Part shown: piece after piece, positions 37,297 to 46,499 of the stretch
Numbering within the stretch: the first letter of the stretch is position 1
Layout: each line of letters begins with the position of its first letter
Source: a virus
Taxonomy: Duplodnaviria; Heunggongvirae; Uroviricota; Caudoviricetes
Length of the DNA stretch: 59,585 nt
Strand: one strand, 5' to 3'
IMG/VR virus record: IMGVR_UViG_3300006226_001702
Span: 139,064 to 198,648 of that record
Notes under the pieces: model-generated
Database searches by the model: none
The model's input: only the letters and a program-made list of their open reading frames with translations
What the model was told of the DNA's origin: nothing
Translations under genes and position numbers: made by a program

Positions 37297-37371
37297 TGCA
37301 GGAGGGAAGATTTGAACTTCCGACCGCCTCCTTATCAGAGAGGAACTCTAACCAGACTGAGTTACCCCTGC
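37297..37371 (-). tRNA. tRNA-Ile(GAT)
   Basis: CCTCT-CTGATAA-GGAGG. Confidence 0.92.
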
Positions 37372-37462
37372 ATTAATGCTTGGCTGAACAGTCATGAGGG
37401 TGGTACATCTAAACTCATGTCCTTCTCTGTTCCTCCGCCTCCGGGAGTGCCAAGCTATAGTA

Positions 37463-37536
37463 CGGAAGTGACGGGACTCGAACCCGCAATCCCCGCCGTG
37501 ACAGGGCGGTGCCTTAACCAGTTAGGCCACACCTCC
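37463..37536 (-). tRNA. tRNA-Asp(GTC)
   Basis: CCGCC-CTGTCAC-GGCGG; G73. Confidence 0.95.
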
Positions 37537-37625
37537 TTATTTCTTTCTAATAAAGTCTCCAATAATCATCGCAACTGGAACACCAATAATAAGTGCGCCA
37601 AAAATTATGCTCAGATTTAATGGCA

Positions 37626-37964
37626 TCATTCCATATTCCTCGCAGCTTCTAATTCAATATTTCGCTGCCTTTCACTAAGATCAAGCTCTAACTTCTTCAT
37701 AGTCATTTCCAAAAAGAACTCTTCAAGAGCTGCCTTAGTGGAAAGCTTAATAGTTTGTCTGATGCAGCTTCCTCCAATGAGAAAACATGCGATACTGATA
37801 ACGATAAAACTGAACTTAAATTCTGCCTGTCCAGTAAACATCGCACCGACCATAATCAAAGATAAAAGTGCAAATATTGAAAAGATTATCGCACAAGTTG
37901 GAGCCAACCAATTATCAATCTTCCTAAGCATATTCGCAATTTTCTCTAACACTTTTAATGACAT
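37626..37964 (-). CDS. two-TM membrane protein
   Basis: AGGAG SD before MSLKV; start moved off tRNA-Thr. Confidence 0.55.
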   Translation of the reverse strand: MSLKVLEKIANMLRKIDNWLAPTCAIIFSIFALLSLIMVGAMFTGQAEFKFSFIVISIACFLIGGSCIRQTIKLSTKAALEEFFLEMTMKKLELDLSERQRNIELEAARNME

Positions 37965-37979
37965 ATTTAATCTCCTAAA

Positions 37980-38053
37980 AGCTGGAGACAGGAGTCGAAC
38001 CCGTGACCTACGCATTACAAGTGCGTCGCTCTAGCCAACTGAGCTAATCCAGC
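37980..38053 (-). tRNA. tRNA-Thr(TGT)
   Basis: ACGCA-CTTGTAA-TGCGT. Confidence 0.95.
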
Positions 38054-38104
38054 ATATTTCCTTATACCATATTAACTGATATAAGACAGTTTCAAAAATC
38101 GTCC

Positions 38105-38142
38105 AAAAAAAAGGCGACTGGAACATTTCTGCCAATCGCCTT
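38105..38142 (-). terminator. intrinsic terminator
   Basis: AAGGCGATTGG...CCAGTCGCC-T8. Confidence 0.75.
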
Positions 38143-38236
38143 AATCACCTTCTTATTTAAAGATCATTAAGGCCCCGTATCATTATATGATGTAAAGAGG
38201 ACGGTTGATTTACTATGGGCGTTAATTCTATTCATA

Positions 38237-38605
38237 TTAGTTAGTATCTTCTTTTTTTTCTATTACATCCATTACGATGCCGCCCTTACCATCACAACCA
38301 ACTTTCATCATGACAGGCTTACGAAATTTCAATCCAAGCCAATTGATAAATCTAATTGGCGGAAAACCTAATATTGCATTTAACACAATAATTGCTTGAT
38401 AATCTTCATCAGTAAAAACGTTAGCCCCACATTTTGGACAAGGTTGATTTCTCCATGACGGCCATTCTTCTGGTCCATCTATCTCAACCATCCAATCACA
38501 ACCTTCAGCATCACATTTCATCCATGGTTTAACACCAGGCTTTCCATATTTTGCAATCCACCAAGTTTTCGGCACATAATTAGCTAACATTTCAGTAGTC
38601 GTCAT
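38237..38605 (-). CDS. zinc-ribbon hypothetical protein
   Basis: CDAEGC...CPKCG. Confidence 0.6.
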   Translation of the reverse strand: MTTTEMLANYVPKTWWIAKYGKPGVKPWMKCDAEGCDWMVEIDGPEEWPSWRNQPCPKCGANVFTDEDYQAIIVLNAILGFPPIRFINWLGLKFRKPVMMKVGCDGKGGIVMDVIEKKEDTN

Positions 38606-38826
38606 TTAGTTAATCCTTCGGTGTTATTAGCAGATTCAAGAGGAACAGCATGAGTCCCGCCGATAGGAGGAAGATTAGTATCCTTAGTCCCAGTGACAGG
38701 TTGCCAGGCTCTATCAGCATCAAGTTTTGCCTCGCTCATTTCTTTCCAATCTTTAACCCACCCTCTATCAAATCCTCTCATTACGAAAAAACTTTTAACG
38801 TCTTCCCATCTTTTACTACTCATCAA
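38602..38826 (-). CDS. hypothetical protein
   Basis: ATGA coupling to downstream ORF. Confidence 0.45.
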   Translation of the reverse strand: MMSSKRWEDVKSFFVMRGFDRGWVKDWKEMSEAKLDADRAWQPVTGTKDTNLPPIGGTHAVPLESANNTEGLTK

Positions 38827-39514
38827 ATAATCCTGGCTGGTCTACATCATCAAGTGGTTCAATACTTACAACGTCCAACCCTGGCAGATCAAAATATTCT
38901 AATGCTTGGACTTCTGCATGAGTCTCATCATTAGCCTCCACATCAATAGTTACAGATAAAACTACTCTATATTTCATATAACTATATTAACTCCTATACG
39001 TACATATCAAGATTATTGCCGCAATATGATGGGAGAGGCGGCTTAACTTCAATCTCCTCATCTTTCTTTTCTTCAACTGTTTTTTCTCTGGGCTTCATAT
39101 TTCTCTTGTAGATGTTCAGCACATCATTTATGTTGTAAGCCCCAGCAATTTTCTCTACCATAAATCCCCCGCTGATTCTTTGTATCTTCTTCTTGCGATT
39201 TCTTCATCACTTGGTTCTGGCACTAATGTCCAAATACAATCAGTAGTTTGCTGTCTCTTTTTTAATGGACAGTTTGGCACCTTATCAAAAGTGCATTTTC
39301 TATTAGTACAACTATCACCAAGGAAATAATCAATATCGTCATCTGACCCCACTAAATCAATCACGTTCTGCAGCTCTAAAAGCAATCGTCAAGCCAAAAA
39401 ATGCAAGTGATAAGCTGAACCAAACAAAGTCACCTTCTGGATTTAGCAGCAAATTCTTTAACGTAAAACCAACTGCAGAAGCACTGACACCAATTAGTAA
39501 ACACAAAACATACT

Positions 39515-39886
39515 TCATTTATATCTCCACTTAAATTGTTTTGAACCATCAGCATTCCAAAGAACTACAAGCACTTTGCCTTGCTTGTCATAGTTATCAA
39601 ATTCCTTTCCCTGGTTTTTCCATTGTGCTTCAGTCGGTGTAAAGAAAAACCATTCACGAGGTTTGATCGTTGGTTTTGGAAATAGATGTGAAAAATCCTT
39701 AGGCGGCTTTTTCTCAACAATCTTTCCACCATTGTTTATGACTCTGATTACTTCCCGCATTTGGTCTGGGTCTAAATCCTTTGAGGACCTCACTTGAAAA
39801 GTTCGAAATAAGATGTCACGATATTGTGCATCATTTATACCGGCTTCTTTTTTGGCAATATGAATTGCTGCAAATGGATTAGCCAT
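39515..39886 (-). CDS. Mu gp16/GemA-like (DUF1018) protein
   Basis: IHIAKKEAGINDAQYRDIL....VRSSKDL signature. Confidence 0.75.
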   Translation of the reverse strand: MANPFAAIHIAKKEAGINDAQYRDILFRTFQVRSSKDLDPDQMREVIRVINNGGKIVEKKPPKDFSHLFPKPTIKPREWFFFTPTEAQWKNQGKEFDNYDKQGKVLVVLWNADGSKQFKWRYK

Positions 39887-40124
39887 TAGAAAAACACTCC
39901 ATTACCACCACGAAGGCGGTCAGCCGATTCAACAATCACAATTATCCCAAGCAAAGTTCCGAGAACTAAAAGTGAGCCGTTGGATAAGTTTATCCATGAT
40001 GGAACAATTTCACACCAATCTAAAAATCTGTCAAACATATAATATTCTCCCTTAATAATATTATATATGATGTTATAATGTAGTAATTCAAAATCAAACA
40101 GCTTTTTGAATTCTACCAGTAGAA

Positions 40125-40202
40125 TAGCTGGGCCCGGAATTGAACCGGGTTCACGACCTAGCTTATGAGACTAGTGAGCCAACCGTTGCTTCGATCCCAG
40201 CG
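40125..40202 (-). tRNA. tRNA-Met(CAT), initiator-like acceptor
   Basis: CGCTGGG/CCCAGCT with unpaired C1; loop CTCATAA; lacks the three G-C anticodon-stem pairs. Confidence 0.75.
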
Positions 40203-40206
40203 ATGT

Positions 40207-40277
40207 TAGCACGATAGGGAATTGAACCCTATTTCAATCGGATATGAGCCGATGACCGTAGCCCGTACGTTCGTGCT
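40207..40277 (-). tRNA. tRNA(CAT), Met or Ile2
   Basis: AGCACGA/TCGTGCT-A; ATCGG-CTCATAT-CCGAT; weak D arm. Confidence 0.72.
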
Positions 40278-40644
40278 ATTCAATAATATGTGCGGGTACA
40301 ACGACCCATGCACCCTTATCAAATTTCTTGTATTCGGGCACTAATAATTTAGTAACTCTGGAGCCATTCTGAATTCCAGAATAAACTCTTTTCATGTAAT
40401 TTTCCCAAGTCTTTACATCAGTCTTGAAAAACTTATTTTGATGAATCGTTTTTAATCCAAGTTTCGTATCAAAAGTTGCAGGACTTAAAACATCTTTTCG
40501 ATAATCAAAAAGCTCCATTTTAATCTTGATACTTTTGGCATTGACTTCTTTGACTTGCTTGACGTAATGCATGTTGCCGATGTTGCAAATAACGAAGTCA
40601 TCTACACTGACGTAATTGTCAAAACAATCTTTAACAGCTGTCAT
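40276..40644 (-). CDS. hypothetical protein
   Basis: GGGAG SD. Confidence 0.55.
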   Translation of the reverse strand: MTAVKDCFDNYVSVDDFVICNIGNMHYVKQVKEVNAKSIKIKMELFDYRKDVLSPATFDTKLGLKTIHQNKFFKTDVKTWENYMKRVYSGIQNGSRVTKLLVPEYKKFDKGAWVVVPAHIIE

Positions 40645-40666
40645 AATTTTCTCCCTTAAAATTGTC

Positions 40667-40740
40667 TAGGGCATCCCGGACTCGAACCGAGCGTCTCTAC
40701 CTTGAAAGGGTAGCGATTTAACCACATAATCTAATGCCCC
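40667..40740 (-). tRNA. tRNA-Glu(TTC)
   Basis: CTACC-CTTTCAA-GGTAG. Confidence 0.9.
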
Positions 40741-41151
40741 AAAAAAATCGTTGGTAGGTGTTTCCTGGAAACCTTAGTGAGGCCGAACCCACCAACGACT
40801 GTTTCTAACTTTTCTTTTTTGGAGCGGTACACCTCCGGCCCATACTCCATTCTAGCATCTTAATATAAAACTTTAATATAAATTAGTCGATCTTATGCGA
40901 CTCTTCAAATGGTTTGCCGCTTCATAGAATCCACAGCTCTCAGTTTAACCATTTGGTAATAACTACCAGGGCGGTGCTCTTGGCATTATTTACTCCTTAT
41001 CCGAGTGGCTTCACCGTTACTGGCGTGGTGGCCTTTTACAGGCGCCATGGCAACTGACGGTTCCTTCACCAGACACTACTTCTTTTACTCGGCGGCGGTC
41101 CTTCTATCCGCGTTCAGTTTTCGCAAGCAGGCTCCCCCAACTTGCTGTTTC

Positions 41152-41370
41152 TCACTCGTCCCGTTCAAAAACTGACAGGAACTTTCCATCCGTTTGTTCA
41201 ACACACGACACCGTTGCGAAGTTGAAGTCTTTATGCAATGTGTCGCAAAATCCAATAGATGGTGCTTTGCCTGACTCAATCGTAATTCGATGGACACTTT
41301 CATCAATCAACGCATCCACCAAATTTGCACCGTTTACATCTTCTCCAGAATAACTGACACTAATCGCCAT
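41152..41370 (-). CDS. hypothetical protein
   Basis: AGGAGG SD, coupled to upstream stop. Confidence 0.5.
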   Translation of the reverse strand: MAISVSYSGEDVNGANLVDALIDESVHRITIESGKAPSIGFCDTLHKDFNFATVSCVEQTDGKFLSVFERDE

Positions 41371-41645
41371 TAAGGCCTCCTATTTGCTCTTAATGAACAG
41401 GCTATGATAATGAGGCTTATTATCGAAACGATAGTATGCCAAGTGAACATCGGTAAGCCTGCGAAGAAATAGAAGAATATGCCCAATCCAATAGCCAGAA
41501 TGTTGATGAATAGACAAACCCACAACATCGGCTTCAGAATCTTTCTCAAGAAAACTGTAATCGTCCCGTCTGGTTGCCAAGGCCTTCCCTCAACTAATCG
41601 GTCTGGCCCTTCAACATGAAGACTGATTAATGAATATTTCAGCAT
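41370..41645 (-). CDS. two-TM membrane protein
   Basis: GGAG SD; early-type promoter upstream. Confidence 0.55.
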   Translation of the reverse strand: MLKYSLISLHVEGPDRLVEGRPWQPDGTITVFLRKILKPMLWVCLFINILAIGLGIFFYFFAGLPMFTWHTIVSIISLIIIACSLRANRRP

Positions 41646-41702
41646 ATTATCTCCGTTTCCGTTATTATCATATAAGACTGAATTGGATTAATGTTCAAAT
41701 AT

Positions 41703-42299
41703 CTAATTTAATCCAGTACCTTCCCCAAAGCCCTTATCACCACGATCACTATCATGTCCAGCATAAAAATCATCTCTGGATACGAAGTTTTTGTATTCCT
41801 TAAATGTTTCAATTTGGTTGTCATAAAAGATTTCGATTTCTTGATCGTCAAACACTTGAGGAATCATCTGAGCAAGTTTCTGCCCAAACTCTACGAAACG
41901 AAGTGTGTTTGATGGATTAAAGACATGAATGTAAATAATCCCTTGATAAGAACTATCAATAACATCTGCTCCAACAACCAATTTCTGATTAGTACATACT
42001 CCACTTTTGTTGTTCATAATTAAAACTACATTTTCTGGTATGCGGGCAGAAACATAAGTTGGAATTAGAATGTCTTCTCCCTGTGGAACGTAGAGATAGA
42101 CTCCTTTTGCTATATCAGATGTTGGGTCCATTCTCGAACCAAGCAAGCCCCATCTAAAAGGTTGGCCTGGGTTCTTTTCTGCCAAATCCTTGATAAGTTG
42201 TTCAGACAAGTTTGGCATGAACAAATCTATTCCAGCATCTCCTCGTTTTCTTTGTGGGGCCTTTGTATCGCCCTGCACAAACAATTTTACATGATCCAT
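41703..42299 (-). CDS. dut: trimeric dUTPase
   Basis: DAGIDL, NKSG, VIDSSYQG, KLAQ, RGDKGFG. Confidence 0.92.
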   Translation of the reverse strand: MDHVKLFVQGDTKAPQRKRGDAGIDLFMPNLSEQLIKDLAEKNPGQPFRWGLLGSRMDPTSDIAKGVYLYVPQGEDILIPTYVSARIPENVVLIMNNKSGVCTNQKLVVGADVIDSSYQGIIYIHVFNPSNTLRFVEFGQKLAQMIPQVFDDQEIEIFYDNQIETFKEYKNFVSRDDFYAGHDSDRGDKGFGEGTGLN

Positions 42300-42321
42300 T
42301 TATTCTCCTATTCTTTATATA

Positions 42322-42543
42322 TTAACTTCTGTCGTTTGGATTTTGTCCGCCGGTAGACTGGATTAAACCTGCCAACTCAGCTGCTCGAACTAAAGTTTGA
42401 AAGTTAACGTCTGAGTAATGCTCTCTATCATAAGCAATTACGTTTGCTAAATCTCTGGCTCTAGACTCATAAATGTTGTCATCATCAATTAAGGATTCAA
42501 AATCCCATTGTGGTCCGTTTTCTTCATAAATAGTGAAGTTCAT
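42322..42543 (-). CDS. hypothetical protein
   Basis: AAGGAG SD. Confidence 0.5.
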   Translation of the reverse strand: MNFTIYEENGPQWDFESLIDDDNIYESRARDLANVIAYDREHYSDVNFQTLVRAAELAGLIQSTGGQNPNDRS

Positions 42544-42554
42544 ATTGTTTCTCC

Positions 42555-42953
42555 TTAATAGAGCTTAAATTGAGATAACCAATCAACTAAACTCTTATAT
42601 TCTTCGTTTGTAGTATCAAATGGGCCAATCGCTAATGTTGCTGCTTCTTCATCTTTTTGAGTAGCACCACTGTCTTCTATATATGCAAAATTAACGTGAC
42701 ATAATTTAGCTGTTCTATAGCCATTCTTTAATTGCTCTTTATTACTTGCTTTCAAAATAACTTTGGCAAATGCTGTATTTAACCAAATCCTCTCATCATC
42801 AGAAGGACGATATAACCAAACGCCATCTAAAGTTTTGTCGAATTGATTAGAAAAAACAGCAAGAGAAGCGTGCGCAACTTGAGATGTAATTTTCCCATGT
42901 GTCCAACCTCCCTTACATACTAAAATGTATTGCTTTATATCATAATTTCCCAT
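42555..42953 (-). CDS. peptidyl-tRNA hydrolase, Pth2 family
   Basis: KQYILV, GKITSQVAHAS, W...AKVILK, IEDSGATQ, TLAIGP, KLY. Confidence 0.88.
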   Translation of the reverse strand: MGNYDIKQYILVCKGGWTHGKITSQVAHASLAVFSNQFDKTLDGVWLYRPSDDERIWLNTAFAKVILKASNKEQLKNGYRTAKLCHVNFAYIEDSGATQKDEEAATLAIGPFDTTNEEYKSLVDWLSQFKLY

Positions 42954-43011
42954 TTGGTTTATATTAACTATAAGCTTTAACTAATTATTATAGAAAGAAA
43001 GGAGACTTTTA

Positions 43012-43815
43012 ATGAGTGATAAACTTTTTAGTAAGATATACGAAAACAGCAGAAGAGACTATAATGTTAAGTATGCTAAAGGAGATGTAGATTTAGAAGA
43101 TATACAAGAAGCTCCTGAATTTCGTAAGGGAAATGGAAACATACAGGGACCAGTTGATGGTCTTCCTAATTTTGAATATAATGATGGTGGTTATGGCCCA
43201 ATTCCAACTACAGGTGTTGGCAGAAGAGATTACAATGCTAAATATAGCAAAACGGGTAATTTAGTTGAATCATTCGAAAGGATTTACGAAGAAACTTGTG
43301 ATGAAGAAGAATGTGATGACGATGGTGCTCCACCTCAAGTAGCTAATTTAGATGAATCATTCCCAACTCATACTAAGAGCGGGAAACTTATTGAACAAAG
43401 AGTACCAAAAGGAACAGTTAGCCCAGCATTAAGAGAATCAGTTGAAAGACAGAGACTTATTGAAAGTGGTTTAATTGACAAAGAAGATTTAGACTTACTA
43501 AATGAAGATTTTGAAGATGGCCCATCTATTATGTTGGATGAAGATGACTGGGATTATGATGAATATGAAGATGACCCAGATGCTTTTGGATTAGAAGGAC
43601 CAACTCATGAGATTGGTGAAGATGGAATTGACCCATTTGATGATGACGATGATTATGAATTAGAAACTACTGACATGGATGTTTCATTAGATGACGAAGA
43701 TTATGAAGCTGAAACTGATGAAGAGTTTGATGATGATTATGAAGTAGAAGATGGCCCATATCTTTTTGATGAAATGAATGATGAAGATATTTACGATGAA
43801 GAGGATGATTTTTAA
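43012..43815 (+). CDS. highly acidic putative head core protein
   Basis: D/E-rich C-terminus; repeated (I/L)xE; RRDYN.KY.K repeated twice; late-type motif upstream. Confidence 0.55.
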   Translation: MSDKLFSKIYENSRRDYNVKYAKGDVDLEDIQEAPEFRKGNGNIQGPVDGLPNFEYNDGGYGPIPTTGVGRRDYNAKYSKTGNLVESFERIYEETCDEEECDDDGAPPQVANLDESFPTHTKSGKLIEQRVPKGTVSPALRESVERQRLIESGLIDKEDLDLLNEDFEDGPSIMLDEDDWDYDEYEDDPDAFGLEGPTHEIGEDGIDPFDDDDDYELETTDMDVSLDDEDYEAETDEEFDDDYEVEDGPYLFDEMNDEDIYDEEDDF

Positions 43816-44510
43816 TGGTTAGCCGATCTGTTTGGCACGAGATGGTGCAAGAGGTTGATGACCTCGTTGAAAAAAATCATGAACAAGCTCAAGACATTTA
43901 TAGACGATGTGCTATGAATGATTATAAGAACTCCAAAGAAGAAATCAAAAGAGCAGCAAATAATATCCTATTAACTAATCAAAAGATTTACAGAATTCTC
44001 GTTTCAATGAAAGATGCTAGAATTGATGATGATACTTTTCCATTAAGTGAAAGCACTTTACGAGAAAAGAATTCAATGGATGATTTTGATTCGTTTTTAA
44101 GTTCAGAAAGATTGGAAAGCTTTTTGGCTAAATCCCAATGTTTGATTAAGTCAACATCTCGCCAATTAGATAACGGCACATTAGTGTTATTGACTCCTGG
44201 TAAAAAAGAAGTTCAGCTTTCAAAAGCAGGCTATTTAAGAGTTCCAAACGAAACTGGGGAAGGTAACCATCTTCTCAATAAGCAGGAAAAAGGTGGAGCT
44301 GTTAAAATGACTTATGACCAAATGTTGGATAAGTTAAGTCGAATGTATGATATTAAACCAAACTGGTTTGAAGGTGCATTTAATAAGCGTCCAAATTGGA
44401 ACTGGGAAATTGAGCCAATTCAAAAATATCGAAAGAAATATGGATTAGAAGATGTCAATTACAGAAGAAGTGATGACTCTCTAGTTACTGAGATAGACGA
44501 AGATTACTAA
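43815..44510 (+). CDS. hypothetical (possibly virion) protein
   Basis: Coupled to upstream ORF. Confidence 0.5.
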   Translation: MVSRSVWHEMVQEVDDLVEKNHEQAQDIYRRCAMNDYKNSKEEIKRAANNILLTNQKIYRILVSMKDARIDDDTFPLSESTLREKNSMDDFDSFLSSERLESFLAKSQCLIKSTSRQLDNGTLVLLTPGKKEVQLSKAGYLRVPNETGEGNHLLNKQEKGGAVKMTYDQMLDKLSRMYDIKPNWFEGAFNKRPNWNWEIEPIQKYRKKYGLEDVNYRRSDDSLVTEIDEDY

Positions 44511-44716
44511 ATCGTTCCAAAATGATATTGCCCATTTTTAGCTATTATTCTGTATGACCAAAGTTTTGGGATAAATTTCTCTTTTGGGTACATTCGATAT
44601 TGTTCAAAAATAGATAAGTCAATTCTATCAATTCTAACATCACTTTCAAAATAGATTTTTATGTATTCACATATTTCATCAAAAGTGTCACATGATTCAA
44701 TAATATCAAGCTTCAT
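44507..44716 (-). CDS. hypothetical protein
   Basis: Abuts upstream ORF. Confidence 0.45.
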   Translation of the reverse strand: MKLDIIESCDTFDEICEYIKIYFESDVRIDRIDLSIFEQYRMYPKEKFIPKLWSYRIIAKNGQYHFGTI

Positions 44717-45514
44717 TTAATCCCATAAGTTTTGGAAATAATGCGCAAAAGTTTCAATTCCAATTTGTACACAATGTTCAGCATAATTTATGAGCTCAAA
44801 GTTTATGTATGATATTGATTCTTTTACCCACTCACATTCATCCAAATTTGGTTTTTGGTCACTCATTATTTGACCAACGTGAGGCCCAGCATTATATGGC
44901 TTGTAATAGTATTTGATTTCTTTATTTCGTTCATCACCGTCTAGATATGGGTCCATTCCAAAGTACTTGATAAACCATTCAGTTTGCTTTTTGTGATGGC
45001 CTTCCCAGTTTAGATATTCAAATGCCATTAACATAATATCAAGCACTTTTTCCCAAGCTTCAGCACCGCCACCTATTAGTCTTCCTTCAGCAATAGCCTC
45101 GTTGTATTTCTCAATAGTTCCCCATTCATTCTCGTTATATTCACTGAAGATACCAGGATAACCAGAGCGGTCATATTTCTTATATGCGACTAACACTTTG
45201 TAGATAAAAGAAGATAATGTTGATTTAGCATCCCATATTTCAACGTTAGATAGTTTATTCTTGCGGAACTTTCTTTGAAAGAACCACTTAATTCTGTGCC
45301 AGTGTAAAACGTTATAAAGAGTTTTCTTATAAAAATTATAGAGGAATAATAAGAATGATGGTTTTGGATAACTATCACCTTCTGGGTCAAGCATTTCTTC
45401 TACTTGTTGTCCTCTATTCCAATGATATTCGGAACAATAATAGCGGTACCATTCCTTGAAAGTCTTATTTTTATAGTCAGGTTCTACACCTTTTAACATA
45501 ACTCCATCAAACAT
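44717..45514 (-). CDS. hypothetical phage protein
   Basis: 265-aa ORF with SD and GTTAATATA motif. Confidence 0.6.
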   Translation of the reverse strand: MFDGVMLKGVEPDYKNKTFKEWYRYYCSEYHWNRGQQVEEMLDPEGDSYPKPSFLLFLYNFYKKTLYNVLHWHRIKWFFQRKFRKNKLSNVEIWDAKSTLSSFIYKVLVAYKKYDRSGYPGIFSEYNENEWGTIEKYNEAIAEGRLIGGGAEAWEKVLDIMLMAFEYLNWEGHHKKQTEWFIKYFGMDPYLDGDERNKEIKYYYKPYNAGPHVGQIMSDQKPNLDECEWVKESISYINFELINYAEHCVQIGIETFAHYFQNLWD

Positions 45515-45552
45515 ATTTATCTCCTATTATTGAGTTATATTAACTAAATATT

Positions 45553-46212
45553 ATGGATTTAAGAAAGAAGCAAGTCTATGAAATGATGACTGCAATAATC
45601 AATGCAAATCAATTTAAGTTTGACCACGAAAAAGAGAAGATATCATTAAAGCTTCCTTACACTGAAGATATGATAAAAGATTTTAGAAGGATAGTTCTAA
45701 CTTTATTTGGCAATCCTCATATTGCTTATCATGAATTTGGTGATGACCCAAGACATGCTGAATATAAGTTTGACAGTCATTTTATTGAAATAGATGAGCA
45801 GACGATTAAAGTTAACAAATATGGAAGGCTATGCGTTAATTGGGATGATGTTAAATATGGCATTGAACAAGCCATTTTGAAAGACGAAGAATTCTTAGAT
45901 CGATTATTAAGAGCAGCATTAAAAAGATGGGATAAACCAAAAATGTTGAACTTACCTCCAGTTAAAAAGCCTGGCAAAATGCCAATTCACTTTCACCACA
46001 CTCCTGGTAAACCTTGGTTTTCTGAATGGCCAAAGAAGCCAATTAAAGAGGAAGAGCCACCAATAGAAGAAGAATTTGAAGATGAGGAAGAAGAGGAAAT
46101 CATTATTCCAAATCCAGGTGGCACATTACCAATTGAAGAGGATGATGATGAAAAAGAGCATGAGCCAATTTCACCACCAAATCCACCAATTATTCCTCCG
46201 TTTGGTCCCTAA
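45553..46212 (+). CDS. hypothetical protein with Pro/Glu-rich tail
   Basis: ACTAAATA-TT-ATG start. Confidence 0.55.
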   Translation: MDLRKKQVYEMMTAIINANQFKFDHEKEKISLKLPYTEDMIKDFRRIVLTLFGNPHIAYHEFGDDPRHAEYKFDSHFIEIDEQTIKVNKYGRLCVNWDDVKYGIEQAILKDEEFLDRLLRAALKRWDKPKMLNLPPVKKPGKMPIHFHHTPGKPWFSEWPKKPIKEEEPPIEEEFEDEEEEEIIIPNPGGTLPIEEDDDEKEHEPISPPNPPIIPPFGP

Positions 46213-46499
46213 TCAACTTGTCTATTTTCAAAAATTGATGTTTCTAAAGTTTGTTCACCATCGTTAATTACAAGTTGTTTTCCATATTTAATGTGAAATT
46301 CTTTAACATTGTCAACTTTACAGTGAGCCTCTAATTCTGGATAATATGAAAGCTTCATATTTATTAGACCTTGTGCGTAACCTCTAAAGTAATCCGTTTC
46401 AGGTTTCATAATCATTGGTCTCATGATATTATTTTCAATATCCTTTGCAAAATTATCAAACTGTTCTCTAGTCCAATTTACACTATTCATCAGTTTCAA
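46209..46499 (-). CDS. hypothetical protein
   Basis: Overlaps recA 3' end. Confidence 0.45.
   Translation of the reverse strand: MKLMNSVNWTREQFDNFAKDIENNIMRPMIMKPETDYFRGYAQGLINMKLSYYPELEAHCKVDNVKEFHIKYGKQLVINDGEQTLETSIFENRQVD

Noticed and set aside
36190-37620. ORFs 36190..36375, 36218..36400, 36260..36478, 37140..37376, 37180..37620
   Set aside because: They overlap tRNA/tmRNA genes; GC-rich RNA sequence produces spurious ORFs
38167-38235. 22-codon ORF before a terminator as an attenuator leader for the tRNA operon
   Set aside because: No regulatory codon run or clear antiterminator; left unassigned
25100-41085. RNase P RNA, SRP RNA or rRNA among the GC-rich blocks
   Set aside because: Their diagnostic conserved motifs were not found by eye; an Rfam scan is needed to exclude divergent forms
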